From Amphiscolops sp. MND2022 (Eukaryota): a DNA stretch of 64,000 nucleotides. Shown here piece by piece: positions 24,764 through 37,281 of this stretch (positions are counted from its first letter, which is position 1; every line of letters begins with the position of its first letter). A model generated the notes under the pieces. The model worked only from the letters and a program-made list of their open reading frames with translations, made no database searches and had not been told where the DNA came from. The translations under genes were made by a program, and so were the position numbers. Where the stretch lies: contig OZ076409.1 in the NCBI GenBank assembly GCA_964187785.1, positions 3,288,001-3,352,000 on the forward strand. Reading direction: 5' to 3'.

Positions 24764-25249
24764 CAGCGAATTGATCCGTGTACTGAAAATCGTGTATCGT
24801 GTTTTTCGTATATTTTCCCATAAAGCATCGGTATCGTGTAGAACAAATCTTCGTGTACGGTACCGTGTATCGACTGTAAAAAAAAGTTTTTTAAAATTCA
24901 TTCATAAACCGCATTTCAACAATCTTTCCCAAACTCATTGATGAAATTCTGTTGCATCCGTCATCACATCTCACATTACGACAAGAGAACATCCTTTCCA
25001 CTGATCCGGACTTCTGATCCCCTGTTCCAGTCCCTTTTCTCGGCAGAATGTCAGGGTTTTATCACTCCTTTTCTAGTTATTTTCGTGTCCGAGCGAACGC
25101 CGAACAACTTTTACTCATTTTGTAAAATTGCTTCATTTTCTCGTGTAAATCGTGTATTTTGAGTAAATCGTGTAAATCGGTACTTCGTGTAACGGTACAA
25201 GGAAATTCGTGTATTCCGGTACGATACATGTACCGACGTCAATTCACTG
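24764..25249. mobile_element. hAT-like MITE (TCGTGTA repeats; others 55045-55515, 56316-56954, partial at ~53007)
   Basis: TIR cagcgaattga / tcaattcactg; TSDs aaacactc/aaacagtc and ctctgagg/ctctgtgg. Confidence 0.8.
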
Positions 25250-25281
25250 AAACAGTCACAAATTATTTTGTGGGTTGTAAC

Positions 25282-25506
25282 CGGATTAGAGTTGGAGGTT
25301 TGTGGGTGAGGGGCAGACGACGCCTGTTGGGAGAGCACAGCTGGCTGGATGGCGGCGGGGAGCAGCTTCGCCAACTGCGAGAAGGGGGAGGAAGAGGAGG
25401 AGTTACTGTTGGCTGCTGCTGCTGCACTGGTCGTCTGAGTGGGCGCCGCAATGGGGTGTGCCTGGGTGATGTTGTTGCTCACCTGTTGATGATGTTGCTG
25501 TTGACT
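25282..25506 (-). CDS. RIMS: RIM-like exon (Q/S/A-rich linker)
   Basis: gattcag|AGT CAA CAG ... AAT CCG|gttaca; 225 nt, phase 0 to 0, GC-rich coding-like composition. An internal in-frame donor at 25483 is also possible. Confidence 0.65.
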
Positions 25507-25639
25507 CTGAATCACGGGGGCGTGCGTGCATTTCAGGGGTCAGCAAGGACGATAATGTATAAACACGTAAACAAGGCTCGATAAAAAAGATTTCAACAAA
25601 AAATCGTGTTTAAAACATTCAATTTTTTGTTAAAAACAT

Positions 25640-25941
25640 TGCGGCAACAATGCAGAAGGAAAGGTTGTCGTAAATTATGACAATCCCAAGTGGGTGCAAA
25701 TCGCGAGAGTCAATTTTTGACCATTTTCAAGAAAATTTGGTGTTTTGCTTCGTAAATCTGTCCTCCACTTGAGGTTTTCAGTATTTATATATACGGGGAC
25801 CGTTACTGGCACTGCAAGGAGGCTCTTCAGCTTGCAACGATTCGACACTATCTCGTGTTCCAGTTATAAAGTTGCCCCTTTGAACTCTGGCCCATCATTG
25901 CCGTTGCAGACTAAAATAGTTTGGCATCGCACGGTCCCTTT
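25640..25941. repeat. Dispersed repeat ending CGCACGGTCCCTTTA (relatives ~5530-5752, ~33690-33900, 54438-54650)
   Basis: Shared core gggaccgt.actg.cactgcaaggaggct..gcagcttgca; the terminus resembles Kolobok-type ends. Confidence 0.6.
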
Positions 25942-26678
25942 AGTTCAAAGCTCTAGATCTTCTGTCTACGAAAGCGCCGACTAAAAACGTTTTCATCGGT
26001 GCCACTAGTGGAGCCTTAGGTATAGTTTTTATAACTGGCTTTCTTTCCATCTTCGGGTAGATTAAATTGTATCCAAACTGCATCTCTTTCGGTCAGTGGT
26101 TGGAACTGGAGTGCTCATAGCAAATTTGAAAAACGATTGAACAAAATGACGAACAAAAAGTACCAAACAAATTGAAGAGTCAGAAGCTAAACCATAAACA
26201 ACTGTAAAGAAGTGTCTGAAAAAACAGGAAATGTTTTTATAAAGTGTTTTATTCATGTTTTTTCTTCTGTTTTATTCAAGAACAAGACGCCCGCTATTTT
26301 CAATTGAAATCGGAAATCGAAAAGTCACCTCCTCCTTGGCAAAATGCAATTTACTTCGGATATAACGTTAAATTCGGATATAGCGCATTTTTTTTCGAAT
26401 CTCCGCTTCCTCCGTAGAAAAACACAATTAAATTTGGATATAACGTCAAAAGTTCGGATATAGCGTGCTGGGACAAATGGGAACGCTGGTTTTCGAGCCT
26501 CCGCCTCCTTTTGAGTAAAACGCAATACATGTATTAAATTTAAAATGGAGTAAAAAGTGGAGTTTTGGCAGAATTTGGAAAAACGCAACACAGATTATGA
26601 TTTTCCTCCCCCTACACAATAAATTGTGGGCGGAAAATAACAGAACACCTTAGCAAATTCAATTGGAACCAAGCTGAC

Positions 26679-26848
26679 CCCTGGTTGCAGTTGTTGTGGT
26701 TTGCTAGAAAATGCATTGACATTATTTGAATTGAGGTTATTGTACTGCTGTTGGTTGCTCAGTCCAGACGAGTTGTTGTGCTGACCTATGAGGTCACCAT
26801 GCCCTGACCTGGGGTCATTCTGCCTGTGATTGACGACCTCGGGTTGAC
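26679..26848 (-). CDS. RIMS: RIM-like exon (N/Q-rich linker)
   Basis: tttgacag|GT CAA CCC ... CCA GGG|gtcagc; 170 nt, phase 1 to 0, open frame compatible with both neighbours. Confidence 0.75.
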
Positions 26849-27291
26849 CTGTCAAACAACGGACAGGACACATCAACAATTGATTCAAGATAAGATGATG
26901 CTTTGAACAGCACCATATTTAACTAACCGGTTACAAACACAGTTCTGACACCGCTAATCAGCGATGTTCTTTTACATTTTAGTGCATTAGTTAACCAACC
27001 TTGCGCAAAGACATTTAAAATACAATTACTCTAAACTTTCGGTATTTTTCCCGTACGGCGACAACTCGTATTAAGCGACAACTCATATCAATCAAAATTT
27101 ATATCAGAAAATCAAAATCTATTTAAGAAAATTTAATCTAAATAATTAATTAGATAGTTACAGAAAATTAGTTAATTGATGAATAATTACTAGATATAAT
27201 GAAAAACAAAATTTTATGGTATATATCAGTGTCTAATTGTAGTTAATTATAAATTATTGCAATTAGATATCACAATTTCGGTATCTGTAAC

Positions 27292-27755
27292 CAGAGGCGT
27301 GACAGCGAGAGCGATAGCGTTAGCGACAATTCAGCATTACTTAGCGATAGCGATAGTTAGTGACAAATTAGGGCGTTAGCGAACATCATCATTCGCTAAA
27401 CAGAATGCAATGCCGTTAAGCTAAGAACGATTGAAAATATGATTCTGCTGAAAAAATATTGATCCATTGGTGCCCAATCAACATTGACAATTTTGATCCA
27501 GAAAGTTTTGGCTACCTTACCCAGTACAGCTTCGGTCGAACGGTTATTCAGTGTGGCCGGTAATGTGCAGCACCCAAGGCGAACTAAACTTTGCTCAAAA
27601 AAAATTCAAAACTTTCCGAAATATAAATGAATATCTTGAAAATCAGTTTTTTAATTAGCGATAGCGTTAGCGATTAGCGAACCCATTTTGTAGCGATAGC
27701 GAAGAAATCGAGCTATTAGCGATGTTAGCGATAAAATGGTTAGCGATCACACCTG
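27292..27755 (+). mobile_element. Internally deleted hAT element retaining the transposase C-terminal dimerisation fragment
   Basis: TSD tctgtaac/tttgtaac; TAGCGA subterminal repeats; 27484-27615 translates to LTILIQKVLATLPSTASVERLFSVAGNVQHPRRTKL. Confidence 0.85.
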
Positions 27756-27903
27756 TTTGTAACCTATGGACAAGCCTGATTTGAGTTGTCACTCTTTCCT
27801 AATTGATATGAGTTGTCGCTATGCCATTTTTCCTGTTTAACCTGCAAAAAACGTCTGAAATTTCAAGATAAAACTGTGGACATGGGACAGGGTTGGCCAA
27901 TAT

Positions 27904-29340
27904 AAACACAGAGGCGAAGCCGTGCTTCACAAACACTTGCGAAGAAAGTTGCGAACTTTTGAAGAAACCCAAATAAGCAATATCATACGGAGAGCCAAGG
28001 GTAAAAGGACATTGTTAAAATTTCATCAATTTCACAGCGCCAAAAATCCCAAAGGGATACCCATAAATCTCGAAAACAATTCTTCTGCAACTGGAAACAA
28101 CAGAAAACCCAGCTTTCTCAACCGTAAACCTTAAAAAAACACAAAAATTGAGGAAAAAAAATTTTCGAAAAAAAATTTTTGATGAAGGTCTCCGGCAAGT
28201 CGCATAGTGCCGAAAACCTTGAGCAGTGCTTTATGCTCGCAAAACGTTTCGTTTCTAGTAAAAATTGAGGGGGTTCGATGAAAACAAATTAGAAACACAG
28301 AGGCGAAGCCGTGCTTCGCAAACACTTGCGAACTTTTGAAGAAAACCAAATAAGCAATATCATACGGAAAACCAAGGGTAAAAGGAGATTAAAATTTCAT
28401 CAATTTTACAGCGCCAAAAAATACCCGAAGGGATACGCGTAAGCCGCGAAAACCATTCTTCCCCAACTGAAAACAGCAAAAAACCCATTCTTTCTCAACG
28501 GAAAACCTTAAACAGAAAATAGAAAAAAAATTTCAAAATTTTTCGAAAACATTTTTGATGGTCTCCGGTAAGTCGCAAAGCCTTGAGGAGTCCTCTCGCA
28601 AAACGTTTCGTTTCTTGTAAAAATTGAGCAGGGGCTTCGGTGAAAACAAATTTTAACACAGAGGCGAAGCGGTGCTTCGCAACACATGACGAAGACGAAT
28701 CATGGCTAGACGAATGCCGAAAAATCGTATATATTCAATCGCATGCGTATATATTCAACAGTTCAACTTTGTTCACTAACGTCCCTATGGCACAGTGGTC
28801 AACACTTATGCCGTGCAATCGGGAGGTTGCAGATTCGAATCTCTCTGGGGTTTTGGCTTTTATCTAAAAGGCGCTCATTATGAAGTTGACTATTGTGGAA
28901 AAAAAAACTTACTTAGCTGGACTGCAATGCACATTGACTTCGTCATGTGCAAAAAAGTCGCATAGAAAAAAGATCGGTCTTTTAAAACTAAAAATTGAGA
29001 AAAAATTTTCCGAATTTTTTCGATTTTTTTTGAAGTTTCCGCTAAGTCGCACAGTGCCGAAAAATGTGAAAAAGGGACCCTTTAGGATTTTATAACATCC
29101 ATTCTGTTGCAAAATTTCAAAAAATTGAAGCGAGACTTGAAAAATTTTGCAAAAAAAAACAAAAAATGAGAATTTTCAACAGTCTCATGGTGCCGAAAAA
29201 TCTGAAAGAAGGGACCCTTTGGGATTTTTTAACCTTCGTTCTGTTGCAAAATAACAAAAAAATGAAGGGAGGAATCTTTAGTGACATGGAAAAAAATGCA
29301 CCCGCACTTTCCCATAACACTTGCTTATCGCAAGTGTAAA
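27904..29340 (-). mobile_element. HINE-C family: three tandem units (starting 27904, 28293, 28655); another 5' end at ~34281-34310
   Basis: Each unit begins aacacagag-GCGAAGC CGT GCTTCGC-aaacacttgcga (hairpin plus subTIR, minor variants). The array ends acacttgc-ttatc-gcaagtgtaaa (subTIR plus inverted repeat). Confidence 0.7.
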
Positions 29341-29736
29341 CATGGCTAATTTAAACCACGTTTTAAAACAGTTTTAAAACACTTTTATTTTGAATAAAAT
29401 ACAGTCCAATCAAAGGTTTATTTCATGTACATGTAATCGATGTAGACAGACAAGTAGGCGTCAAAAAGAGTAATATTCTAAAATGTCAAGTGAAAACGAA
29501 AACCTATCCTGAAGAATTGCTGAAATTGGCACTCGAAATGGTATGCCTAGTCCATCCATTCTGATCTTCGCAACAGGCTTGGAGTTCAGAAAGTTGAAAA
29601 ACTTACTTTTGTAATGCGATATTTGAATGATATTGAATAAGATCATTCTTTCAAGCTTGTTTTTCTGTCTTTGTTCGAGGGGATTTTAAACATGTTTTAA
29701 AACGTCTGTTTTGTTAGAAATTTGAAACAGCAGTAC

Positions 29737-30019
29737 CTGGTTGGGGTTTGAGCTGTTCGTTCGACTGTGGCCCCCCGGTCAAAGGTCCGTTGCTAGAGGC
29801 CGTGCAACTACTGACTGCAGGGTGGGCAGGTTGACCTTGACCTTGAGAGAAGGAGGAAGAATGATCTGTGGCTCCGGCCGCATTGTTGACCCCAACCGTC
29901 GCATTGTTCTGAGGTGCTGCTGACTGCTCACTTTTGTTGACAGTTGCTGGACTAACCCATTTGCCACTTCTAGCCAGAATGTCCGCCTTCTTCTTGCAAA
30001 TCTTACATTGCCACGCGAG
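29737..30019 (-). CDS. RIMS: RIM/UNC-10-like exon: C-terminal part of the zinc-finger/Rab-binding region plus linker
   Basis: tggtttcag|CTC GCG TGG ... CCA G|gtactg; phase 0 to 1. Encodes LAWQCKICKKKADILARSGKW, resembling the RIM/rabphilin 'W-C--C-K--E----SG-W' motif. Confidence 0.85.
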
Positions 30020-30849
30020 CTGAAACCACACAACAACACTGATGAGACACAAAAACATAATATTGAATTATGAATCACTATAAAAATACATCAATAAAAG
30101 GCGGAATAATCCACTGAATCAAATAGAAATACTAAATGTTAACTATGTGGGTGGGAGACATCTGTCTAGGATCCCGTCTAGAAAGGGTATTTCCAAAAAC
30201 GTATTAGTTCCGTTTCGGTTTTACTAAGACACAAAAACAACGGCAATGGGTCAAAGGCGGCATCAGTAGCTCTTTTTCAGCAAGTTGTTCAACTATATGG
30301 TTTGAAATTCCATTGGTAAAACGAGTCAACAACATTGTTTACCATTGCGGTTATTTTGTCTCACTCTCAATGCAAATATTCTACAAGTATTTTCTTCTCT
30401 CTCCAGTTGAAATAAACAGACCGGGAAAAGCCCAAGTTGGCGCACCGCCTAGGCTAAAAGAATCTTTTTATAGAGCTTTTGAGCTACTAAAGGGGTTTCT
30501 TCAAATGGAAACAGCAAAAAATCTAAAACCTTCGTTGAAAAAATTCAAAAGTTGCTAAGAGCCAAAAACTTCAATCCTTTGCTTTTGTCTGGCCTTGTAA
30601 TATCACCCTGTCATGACTTTTGTCAAGTACATCCTACAAAATTTCGTTAAACCGCCAACAAGAGCAGACGTGGTCCAATCACAACGGTTGGCCAATAGAA
30701 GACCTGCACGATGGGATGTCAACAATGATGTGAGAGCCGGACGACAGTACAGAGCGAAACAGCCTGATCAGAAGACCATAACAACCTACAACATTTTCAC
30801 TTCTACTAACTTACTGTATATAATTGAACTCTCTAACTTTATAACTTTC

Positions 30850-31740
30850 GCTTAACTCAATATCACAATAAACTTTTCGCGTTTCTTTCTCCACTTCTGA
30901 GGTTGTCTAGGAGAGAATCCATAATTCAAAAGATGTTAAATTGCCTTAAAAATGAAATCAGTGAGAGAGAAATCAGTGATATAATTTTTTTGTTTCTTTC
31001 ATTATTTCGAAAACTCATTGTTGGGAGTTTAAGATGATTCTGAAAAGCTGACCTTTCGTTTTTGAGAATCGAATATAATAAGTCAAATGATTTCAAGTCA
31101 ATTCTTTGTTTCATACTTAAAATTTCTTCAGATATTCTCAAAGAGGTTGAGCATTTGTTTCTAGATCTGTAGAACACTGTTCTAAGAGCCCAATTCAGTT
31201 GTTTCTCTAAAGAAAGTAAAAGAGCACTACTGATGTCCGTTAAAAGAAGGTTACAATATTCAAAATGACTTAGGACAAGAGCATGAAGCAGCACTTTTAA
31301 ACATTTTTGGGTAGGCTGATGCGTACTGTTTGAATTGCTTTTATGCCAAGGGCCATTTTTTAAAGCACACTTTTAACTTGATATTCGAAAGTTAGTTTAT
31401 TGTCGATGATAATGCCTAAATACTTTACTTCATTCTTAAGTTTTATATTGGAACCAGCAACTATAAGTTGACTATTGGATACGGTTATTTTTGGTGTTGA
31501 GAAACGTATGAATTCTGTTTTAGAAGCATTCAGGGTTAACTGATTTGACCGAAAATAATTTTCTAGTTTTTCAAGACAGATTTGTAAATTCTCAAATGCA
31601 ATGTCAGGTTTTGGATTCGCTGAGTATATCAAACAGTCATCGGCGTATTGGATAATTCTGCACTCTTCCGAGATGTATTTTGTAATATCGTTTATGTAGA
31701 TGTTAAAAAGTAATGGTCCAAGTACTATTCCTTGCGACGA
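30850..31740 (-). mobile_element. Degenerate CR1/L2-like LINE reverse-transcriptase fragment
   Basis: QGIVLGPLLFNIYIND, YADD, LNASKT, VKYLGIIID in ORF 31360-31746, continuing after a frameshift into ORF 30926-31294 (LVLSHFEYC). Boundaries approximate. Confidence 0.85.
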
Positions 31741-34529
31741 AATCACAGTCTATGAAGTGATAAAATTTAATCCGCTCAGCAAATCTCTGCCCTATGACAG
31801 GTCCTAAATACATTTGTTGCTGACAAATAACTTGCTTCTGTCAGAGACAGGCGCTTTTTTACAGAGAATATGTTTTCTCAGAAAAAAACATATGCGAGAA
31901 AAGTGTTTGGAAAACGTGGTTCTCAATATATGTGACATTAAAATGCTCTATCGAAGAAAAAACAATTTCGACTATGATCGAAAAAGAGCACTTGTTTTTT
32001 TTTCGATTTCACCCATAGTCAAACATTTCTAGCCGGCGCTTTTTGTAATGAAGTGCCTGACTCTCACAGCTTACAGTGACAAGTTATGTGTCAGATCACG
32101 GATTTCACTGAGGGTTCACTTTTGAAGACCTTGTTCACGCCGCTTAGCCTAGTCGTTAGGATCAGTGAATTGGGTTTTACCAAAAAACGCACTTAAATCA
32201 CTTGTTGCTCTTGACTCGTTTTTTGAGAAAAATTTTGGCTCGGCAATGTTAGATTTTCAACAGCTGCAATATTTTACAACGTTATGAACTTAATCTGTTA
32301 CTCCCTTCTGTCAACAAACTATCAACAGAAGAGACAAAACTTTCGTCTGTACTGGAAAATGTTTCATGAATTCTGTCATACTGTGTTTCCTGAATACTAC
32401 TGCAGGTCAACGATTTCGATCCGTGGTCTGACAAAAAAAAACAAAGGAACGTCTCAAGTCGGCGCCCCACTTAGGGCTTCAAAATTGCAACGTCTTTCGA
32501 ATACGCTAAAAGACAACTTATGAGAATTCTGAAAAATCTCATGCCGCTGATAAAACCCTTCAGGCTTAAAAGACTTTCACACCCAAAAAAATCGAAAGAG
32601 GGCCATTTGATACTTCCTAGAATTGTAATATGGCCCTGAATACATTTTAGACTTGCTTCACGACAATATGAAATGAATGGCGAAGTTGAACAAACTGAAT
32701 AAAAATGAAAACTTCGACGTCAGCCTGACAAAAAACTGAACTAGTCAACTTCAAAAAGCACCGACTAAAAAGGACCGTGCACCCATATTACATATGGCCA
32801 TAATTGAAAAGATCAGTCGAAAATGCATAAAAGAGAAAACCAAATTGTTCCGAAGTCAATACTTGATCTGACAACAAAATTTCACATTGATTGCTCATCT
32901 GAATTAGGGAAATGCTTTTTCAGAATAAATTGTCGGCAACCAGTTTCGTTGTTAATTCGCATTAACTTTTTAGGATTACCGTTTCTGGAACTGAATGAGC
33001 ATGTAAACATGCAATCTATTCACACGATTGCTTAGTGAAGGAATGCTTTTAGAAGCAATAAAATTAGGAACGCTTCTGCAATTGTGCATTCGTCAATTAT
33101 CACAGTCCCAAAGGAAGAGAAAAAGGAAAAGCAACTTCAAAAGCAAATTATGCCTCACTTCAGAGAGAGGCGTTTATCGGGGAGAGAATCGCAAATGGAG
33201 TTGCAAATAATTCAGCAGCTTCACAAAAACAGCGGTGCAAGATCTTGCCTCGGGCTGCAACTGGGCCTATTGAGCAACAAGCGAAAATGCACTGTAAATA
33301 TAGTTAGCCACTGTTGTCCTTTTCATTCACTGTTGATGATTCGTTTTTCACGCCTTTTAGCAGTCACTCGAAACTCTACTGGACTTGCTTGTTTGAGAGT
33401 CTTTTATTGCACTGATGCAGTTTTTTACAGCTTGGTAACTCCCCTTCGACAATAACACAACCAATTCCGGCTTTAACACAAACCGGATATAACGAATTCC
33501 GCATATAAGGTATACCGGATATGACGTTTCTTGGAGAATTTTTCAATGTTAGAAAAGGGTCCCCTTTCGATTTTTAGGGTATTTAGAGTTGATACAAAAT
33601 CATTTGAAGCCGAAGGGTTCCCAAAGCTGTCATCAAAGCTGCCTTTAGGATGAAAAGACTAATTTTCCTGTTTACTCTTGAATGAATAAAATAAGGACCG
33701 TGCGTACTGAAACCGGGATTTGGAGTAGAGATAGATGGGATATTTTGCCCTAAGTACATGGAGGGCGTGTCAGTGAAAAGAGTTTGGGTGTCAGTACGCT
33801 GCAAGCTGCAGAGCCTCCTTACAGTGTCAATAACGGTCCCATAAAATAAATTTGGAAAACATCGGTAAATGCAGGGAAATTTATAAATAAGGGCAATGTA
33901 TCTCTCAGATTTATGACAGCCCTCCCTCGTGAACTATAGCACTGGTGGATGACTCTACGCTTGCTTGTTGGCGTCGTGTCGCTCTGCAGCCTCTGAGACA
34001 GAGGACGGAACTAAGAAAAATCAAAATACTAATTCAGAAAATAGGCCGCATGCCCAAGTAAAGACATTCTCATAAAACACCTTCGGTATCTTTCACTAGA
34101 AGCCGCGGCTAATATAGAGCGATTGGAAGCACGTCTTGTGAAAAAAATCGCGCTAACGCACCAGTTCAAACAAAACCTCTCTGTTGAAAAGCAAGCATCT
34201 TATCACTAGACCACGAAAGCCTTAACTATGCGACTTGCGGGCTGAAACGAGAGTTGTCGCGCGGAAAAAAACACCCACACTTTTCCATAACACTTGCTTA
34301 TCGCAAGTGTCATTAGAGTAGAGATGGTCTGTTATAGCTCGAATTTGATAATTTCACTTAATTTACAAAAAATGAAGGAATGAAAAAGGTCCCTTTTTGC
34401 TACCTGTCCACAAACGCGATTTAGGTTTTCTCCTATTCTAGCTCTACCCAACAGGAGGCCGAATATGAACCATTTGAGAGGAAAGGAATTATTCGCGATC
34501 GCATTCTACGACATTGACCCTGTGCTAAT

Positions 34530-34979
34530 GGTGCACAGACAAAATGGCCACAGACAAAAAGGCTTCCAGACAAAAGGGCCAAAAAACAGACAAAAGGACC
34601 ACAGACAAAAAGGACAAAAAAGCAGACAAAAGGGTCAAAAACCGAAGCTATATTTTAATTGTTTTTTCAATGTAATAAAACGGATATGGAACTTGATTTA
34701 TTTGAAGAGGTTAGCATATTTGTTGTATGGCTCGGTCGCTTCGCTCCCTTCGCCAAGTAGCAACATTGAGGCATGGCCATATGGCACGTCGCTCCGCTTC
34801 GCTTCGCTCCTGCATTTAGGGCACTAGGGGTATGTGAACATAGCTGACTACGTTATAATAATTGAGCTTTTAATTTAAATTATTTTGGCCCTTTTGTTTC
34901 CTTTTTTGGCCTATCTGTCTGTGGCCTTTTTGTCTGTGTTTTTGGCCCTTTTGTCTGGAAGCCTTTTTGTCTGGACACG
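34530..34979. mobile_element. Mutator-like MITE with AGACAAAA arms
   Basis: 9-bp TSD tgtgctaat/tgtgctaac; inverted cagacaaaa.ggc arrays. Confidence 0.8.
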
Positions 34980-35643
34980 TGTGCTAACGTATCGTCGTAC
35001 TTCGAATGATTCTCGCTTCTGCAAACGTTGGCTTCGTTTCGGGACCAATAATCAATAAAACTGCCGTATAGCGTGTACAAACTGGATGCAGCCCAAATTG
35101 TTCAAATTTAATATGCTCAGGCCTTGTTTTGAAAATTCAGGAAATCTGTGCTGAAACACCCAGAGGGGACCAACCCTTCAGGTCAACCTTCTTCCATCTG
35201 GAATCATCAGAAGAATGAAACAATTGACTCTGCAAACAAGTTTTTCCATAAAACTCACACAAAGCCAAAAATCCTTGCAAGGGGACCTCAATGGAATTGG
35301 AACTCACAATCTTGTGAAACACGCTTCCTTTCTCGATTTTTAGTATGTATATTAAGTGCCCTTGAAACAATCAACAGAAACTAAGAAGAGAAAGAGCTTG
35401 AGGAATAACACCACACACATTTATCATTTTAGAATTAATTCTAGCACAAGCAATAATAGACGAATAACGAAACTAATAGGTTTCAGCACTCACAGAAAGA
35501 GTTTCGACAGTTTCAACTTTTGAATATCAACATACCGATAGCTACCGATATCTAACAAGACCAGACGTAAAGTTTCGCGATGATAGCCACCCCATACCGG
35601 GTAGCACGAAAAGTGTCAGTGGAGGAAATAAGCAGATAATATA

Positions 35644-36471
35644 AACAAGACAGGAACGTCTCAAGTCGGCGCTATACCTAAGGCTCAAATAGATAAAATC
35701 GAAGGGGGGACCCTTTAGTCCCGTCCGGTTTTGTAGGTTACTTTTAAAAAGTAAACAAGCCGGGAACGGCCCAAGTCGGCGCCATATCTAAGGCTCAAAA
35801 ATAGCAAAAGGACTTCAAAGTGTCAAGTATTCTCTTCTACAGTACCCGCGTGAGGAAAAAGTTTAAAAAATCCGAATTTTTTTGAATTTTTTTTCGAAAT
35901 TTTTTGGTCTCCGGTAAGTCGCATAGTGCCGAAAAATTGTAAAAGGGGCCCTTTGGGAGGTTTTGAACATCCATTCTTATGCAAAATAGAAAAAAATGAA
36001 GGGTGGACCCTTTGGAGACATAAAAAAAATTTGCGAAAAAAGTCTCACAAAGCCGAAAAAAACCTGCACAAAAAATTTGATCAAGGACGGGACTCGAACC
36101 CACGTCCTTCTGCTTGGCAGACCTCAAAAAGCTTAATTAACCTCTATGCCAAGTGCCAGCAGTGATAGCTAGCGTTGCAGTTACTGTTAGTGCAGTGAAG
36201 TCAGCTCAGCTATTTATAACTTCATAAAATCTGTCAGTTCGTTGATCTTAAAAAAAGTCACTACTATAGTCTGCGTTTTTCTTCGAAAAGCGCCGACTAA
36301 AAACCAAAGGGGGGACCTTTTGGAATAACTTAGATGCGTTTCCCGGGTATTCGTTTAGTTTCCTGTAGTTGAACGTTAACGTTCGTCGCTTCGAGTCTGT
36401 CTCAAAAAAAGAAAAAAAACGAGTGACTGTAATAGTCGGGCTCTTTTATTAATAGAAGCGCCGACTAAAAA
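35644..36471 (-). mobile_element. HINE-A nested inside HINE-A (inner copy 35754-36303 carries a tRNA-like cassette)
   Basis: The outer copy is interrupted at aaaagtaa|aaaccaaaggggg; the inner copy has both termini; no TSD. Confidence 0.75.
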
Positions 36472-37233
36472 CGAGTATTTACTTCTAAACAAGGCGAGAC
36501 GGTGAAGTGACGTAAAGCGAAGAAAAGTGGGAAAAATTATTAAAAGCAAAGTTGTCAAGTTGTTCAACATGGACCAGTGGGTTGTTCTGTTCATGCACCC
36601 CAAATGGTAAGACCATTAAAAACGAAGAAGACTTTAGAATAAACATTAGGTGAGTTCTACTAAATGAGGAGCAGTCAAATGAGATGTAAAATGTCTTAGG
36701 AGAGGAGATGTTTGAGATTGGAACAAGATGGATGCAACATTAATGTGCAGCATCGATGTTCAGACAGCAGCAGTGGCAGGAGTAACAAACCACAGAGGCG
36801 GCTCTGGCTCTGTGACATGAAAAGAGGACGAGAAGGATGAAGATAGTTGGACAGTTGGCATTTGTGGTTGAATGGTCGGTCGCCGAGTTTGACCAACAAA
36901 CAGAGCATAAGAGCAAAAAGAAAAGAACTGCTGGCAAAAACAAGACAAGATTCGCGCTTCGCTTCTCTTTCTGAATGAGAAGAACCAACAGGCAAGATAC
37001 ACAACAGCAGAAGAGTAAATAAAAATAGCACAACAGCAACAGAATCAAGAGAGAAAGACAGAGAAACTGCTGCTGCTGCTGCAACAAACAACAGAAAATT
37101 ACAGTTCATCAAAACTGAAGAAGCTACGGCGACGACGGCTGATGGAAAACGAATGGATAGAAAAAAAAACCAAAAAAGAGAGAGTTTTATATTTTATTTC
37201 AGTTTGCTCTCATTCTTCTTCGATGCTACAATC

Positions 37234-37238
<5 letters not shown>

Positions 37239-37277
<39 letters not shown>
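37239..37277. repeat. (AG)n microsatellite
   Basis: About 19 perfect AG units. Confidence 0.98.

Positions 37278-37281
<4 letters not shown>

Noticed and set aside
33159..33266. Possible upstream RIM exon (atag|...|gtgagg)
   Set aside because: Stop codons occur in all three minus-strand frames.
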